Source: a virus (Duplodnaviria; Caudoviricetes). Taken from it: 27,121 nucleotides of DNA. Below are positions 24,986 to 27,121 of the stretch, piece by piece (within the stretch, counting starts at the first letter, position 1; every line of letters begins with the position of its first letter). The stretch spans positions 1-27,121 of the IMG/VR virus record IMGVR_UViG_3300022074_000310, one strand, 5' to 3'. The notes under the pieces are model-generated. The model had not been told where the DNA came from. It made no database searches and worked only from the letters and a program-made list of their open reading frames with translations. A program made the translations under genes and the position numbers.

Positions 24986-25569
24986 TGGCCCTAGTAATCA
25001 AGGACCGTGTAAAAGAAACGACAACCACGACAGGCACTGGCACGTTAACTCTTGCTGGTGCCTTTGCTGGATTTGATTCGTTTGCTGAAATAGGTAATGG
25101 CAACACCACCTACTATTCATGCACAGACGGCACGGACTTTGAGGTTGGTATTGGGACATACACGGCGTCAGGCACAACGCTCTCCAGAGACACTATTTTG
25201 GAAAGCACCGGCACAACAGCTACGGCAGACGTTAACGGTGCTGTGACGGCTTCTGCGAATGTGACGCTAGACGGCAACAGCGGGACTATTGCTGTTGGCA
25301 TGCGTGTTAGAGGCACGGGCATCAGTGGAGTGGTCACAGTAGCTACTGTAACTACTCAAAGCGCCATCGTACTGAATACGGCTGTTACACTCGCGGATGA
25401 TACCGCGCTTACATTCGGCGATGGTAAGATCAACTGGAGCGCTGGAACGAGAACAGTGTTCTGTACTATGCCAGCAGAGAAGATGATATATAATGATGCC
25501 AGCGGCACTGCTGTAAACTTTACAGAACAAGATCCGCAAGCGCTGGCTTTTGCAATTGCGTTAGGATAA
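24985..25569 (+). CDS. tail fibre-associated protein
   Basis: MALVIKDRVKETTTTTGTG...VFCTMPA...AFAIALG; carries a third copy of the module. Confidence 0.75.
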   Translation: MALVIKDRVKETTTTTGTGTLTLAGAFAGFDSFAEIGNGNTTYYSCTDGTDFEVGIGTYTASGTTLSRDTILESTGTTATADVNGAVTASANVTLDGNSGTIAVGMRVRGTGISGVVTVATVTTQSAIVLNTAVTLADDTALTFGDGKINWSAGTRTVFCTMPAEKMIYNDASGTAVNFTEQDPQALAFAIALG

Positions 25570-25573
25570 AGAC

Positions 25574-25903
25574 ATGGCAAACTCGTTTAAGACAGTCACA
25601 GACACAGCGGTGGGTACGAGTGCTGCCACAATCTACACCTGCCCAGCTTCCACAGAAACAACCATCATCGGCCTGAACGTGGCTAACATCCTGACATCTA
25701 CAATCACTGTGGATGTTCAGTTAGAAAACAATGATGGCGACAATGTGTATATCGTAAAGGACGCAATTGTCCCTGTTGGATCTTCGCTCGTTGCAGTTGG
25801 GGGTGATCAAAAAATTGTTATGAACGCATCAGATGTGCTGAAGGTTACGGCAAGTCAGGCAAGCGGCGCGGACGTAACAATGTCAATTCTGGAGATCACC
25901 TGA
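25574..25903 (+). CDS. tail-associated structural protein
   Basis: MANSFK...IYTCP...IIGLNVAN...SILEIT. Confidence 0.75.
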   Translation: MANSFKTVTDTAVGTSAATIYTCPASTETTIIGLNVANILTSTITVDVQLENNDGDNVYIVKDAIVPVGSSLVAVGGDQKIVMNASDVLKVTASQASGADVTMSILEIT

Positions 25904-26442
25904 TGCCTATCTCTAAAGTCATAAATGGTGGTGTAGCACCATCGGGCATATCGTCTGGTGGCATCATTCAGGTGCAGAGAACGCAGTTTACTGGGACAAA
26001 TGCAGTCTCCGTAGCGGCAGGTATAAACACTGCATTAACAGATTTAACTGTCAATATCACACCAGCAAGCGCCTCAAGTGTCATCCATCTTCAAGCACAT
26101 ATCTTCCTAGAGTTTGGTATTGATGGTCCCAACACTTATAACCACACGTTCTTTTTCTACAGAGACACCACTAAACTTGGACATGCGGCGGCAGGAGTTC
26201 GGAATGTTGGTGTTAGTATGGCAACAAGAACGTACCAATTACAAGATGATAACTCTACACCAGAGATTGCTCGCTATGACTATTTCGATACACCAGCGAC
26301 AACATCCGTAATCACATATAAGTGCGGCGTCCAAATGAATAACGCTGACACGATAGCGATCAATAAAACAATCGGTGATCAAAATAGTATCGCATACGAG
26401 CGTGGCATCTCATTCATCTCAGCAACAGAGATAGCGGGGTAA
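25903..26442 (+). CDS. tail fibre tip-like protein
   Basis: GxIIQV...LTVNITP...DTPATTSxITY...EIAG. Confidence 0.7.
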   Translation: MPISKVINGGVAPSGISSGGIIQVQRTQFTGTNAVSVAAGINTALTDLTVNITPASASSVIHLQAHIFLEFGIDGPNTYNHTFFFYRDTTKLGHAAAGVRNVGVSMATRTYQLQDDNSTPEIARYDYFDTPATTSVITYKCGVQMNNADTIAINKTIGDQNSIAYERGISFISATEIAG

Positions 26443-26446
26443 GAAC

Positions 26447-26929
26447 ATGAGCTATGTAGGCGGCGCACCCGCAAAATCCCTAGCATCTCCAACCAGCCAG
26501 TATTTTAGTGGCGATGGGTCAAATACTTCGTTCACACTGAACCGCGCCGTGAACGTATCTGAAGAGCTAGAAGTTTTCGTAAACAACGTCCAACAGGAGC
26601 CGGGGGTTGGCAAGTCATACACAGCCAGCGGCACCTCACTGACCTTTGACGCCGCGCCATCTTCTGGCACCAATAACGTATATGTCGTGTACCGTGGATT
26701 TTCAGAACGTGCTATTCGTTTTCAGCAGGCTGGATACTTTCAGGGTGACAACGGCATCACGGGCGATGAAGCGAGCGGCAGGGGCGACATCTTTCGTGTA
26801 CACGAAAAGCAACTTGATACAAGTGTAACGATTGCTGGTACGGACAATGCTCTTTGTGCAGGTCCGTTGACGTTAGCAACAGGGGTGGTTATCACAGTCT
26901 CTACTGGTGGTACATTGGTGATAGCATGA
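26447..26929 (+). CDS. tail fibre-associated protein
   Basis: FSGDGSNTSFTL...VFVNNVQQEP...NALCAGPLT. Confidence 0.7.
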   Translation: MSYVGGAPAKSLASPTSQYFSGDGSNTSFTLNRAVNVSEELEVFVNNVQQEPGVGKSYTASGTSLTFDAAPSSGTNNVYVVYRGFSERAIRFQQAGYFQGDNGITGDEASGRGDIFRVHEKQLDTSVTIAGTDNALCAGPLTLATGVVITVSTGGTLVIA

Positions 26930-27121
26930 GCGAGTTAAGAGCAGACACAATCACAGGCAGTGATGGCAGCAGTCCAGTCACGCTGACTAAGCAAAGTGCG
27001 GCGACTGCACGTCATACGTATGACCAAGTTGACTCTACAACTATTGATTCATTAAATATATCAACTGCAACTGATGTATCCACTGGGCTTCTTCTTCATA
27101 CTTTTAGCAACGCCTACAGCA
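26926..27121 (+). CDS. tail-associated protein, 3'-truncated
   Basis: ATGA coupling; MSELRADTITGSDGSSPVTLTKQSAA open to the window end. Confidence 0.65.
   Translation, partial: MSELRADTITGSDGSSPVTLTKQSAATARHTYDQVDSTTIDSLNISTATDVSTGLLLHTFSNAYS

Noticed and set aside
24278-25425. Diversity-generating retroelement TR/VR pair or intein
   Set aside because: Copies differ at all base types, mostly synonymously, rather than at adenines only; no reverse transcriptase; no intein C...HN termini
6500-27121. Minus-strand ORFs throughout the structural module
   Set aside because: Antisense shadows of tightly coupled + strand genes; no recognisable motifs or RBS

Overview
A 27 kb piece of a tailed dsDNA phage genome (Caudoviricetes). 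Its gene content resembles uncultured marine podovirus-like phages, and an alphaproteobacterial host is plausible but inferred. All credible genes are on the + strand. Order: HNH fragment, XF1762/Mom-like protein, an AT-rich iteron/hairpin region (candidate origin) and terminase small subunit. Next is a ~4.2 kb accessory island (2270-6450) that separates terS from terL. After it come terminase large subunit, portal, holin, GroES, scaffold, major capsid protein, small basic proteins, head-tail connector and tail/fibre genes. The island is the most unusual part. It has four terminator-bounded expression cassettes whose promoters all carry the palindrome GCAAT-N-RTTGC, with an XRE-HTH gene in the last cassette. 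It also has a recurring CG(A/T)ACAATTGTTCG palindrome and strand-polarised TCGGG arrays. It encodes a gamma-glutamylcyclotransferase and an amidoligase fused to a winged HTH, whose gene is strongly depleted in certain k-mers. Other signals: a GG-x-V peptide motif shared by six late proteins, two candidate structured RNAs, a real-looking gene overlap, and a ~68-aa module inserted three times into tail proteins. Family assignments come from motif recognition only; no searches were run.
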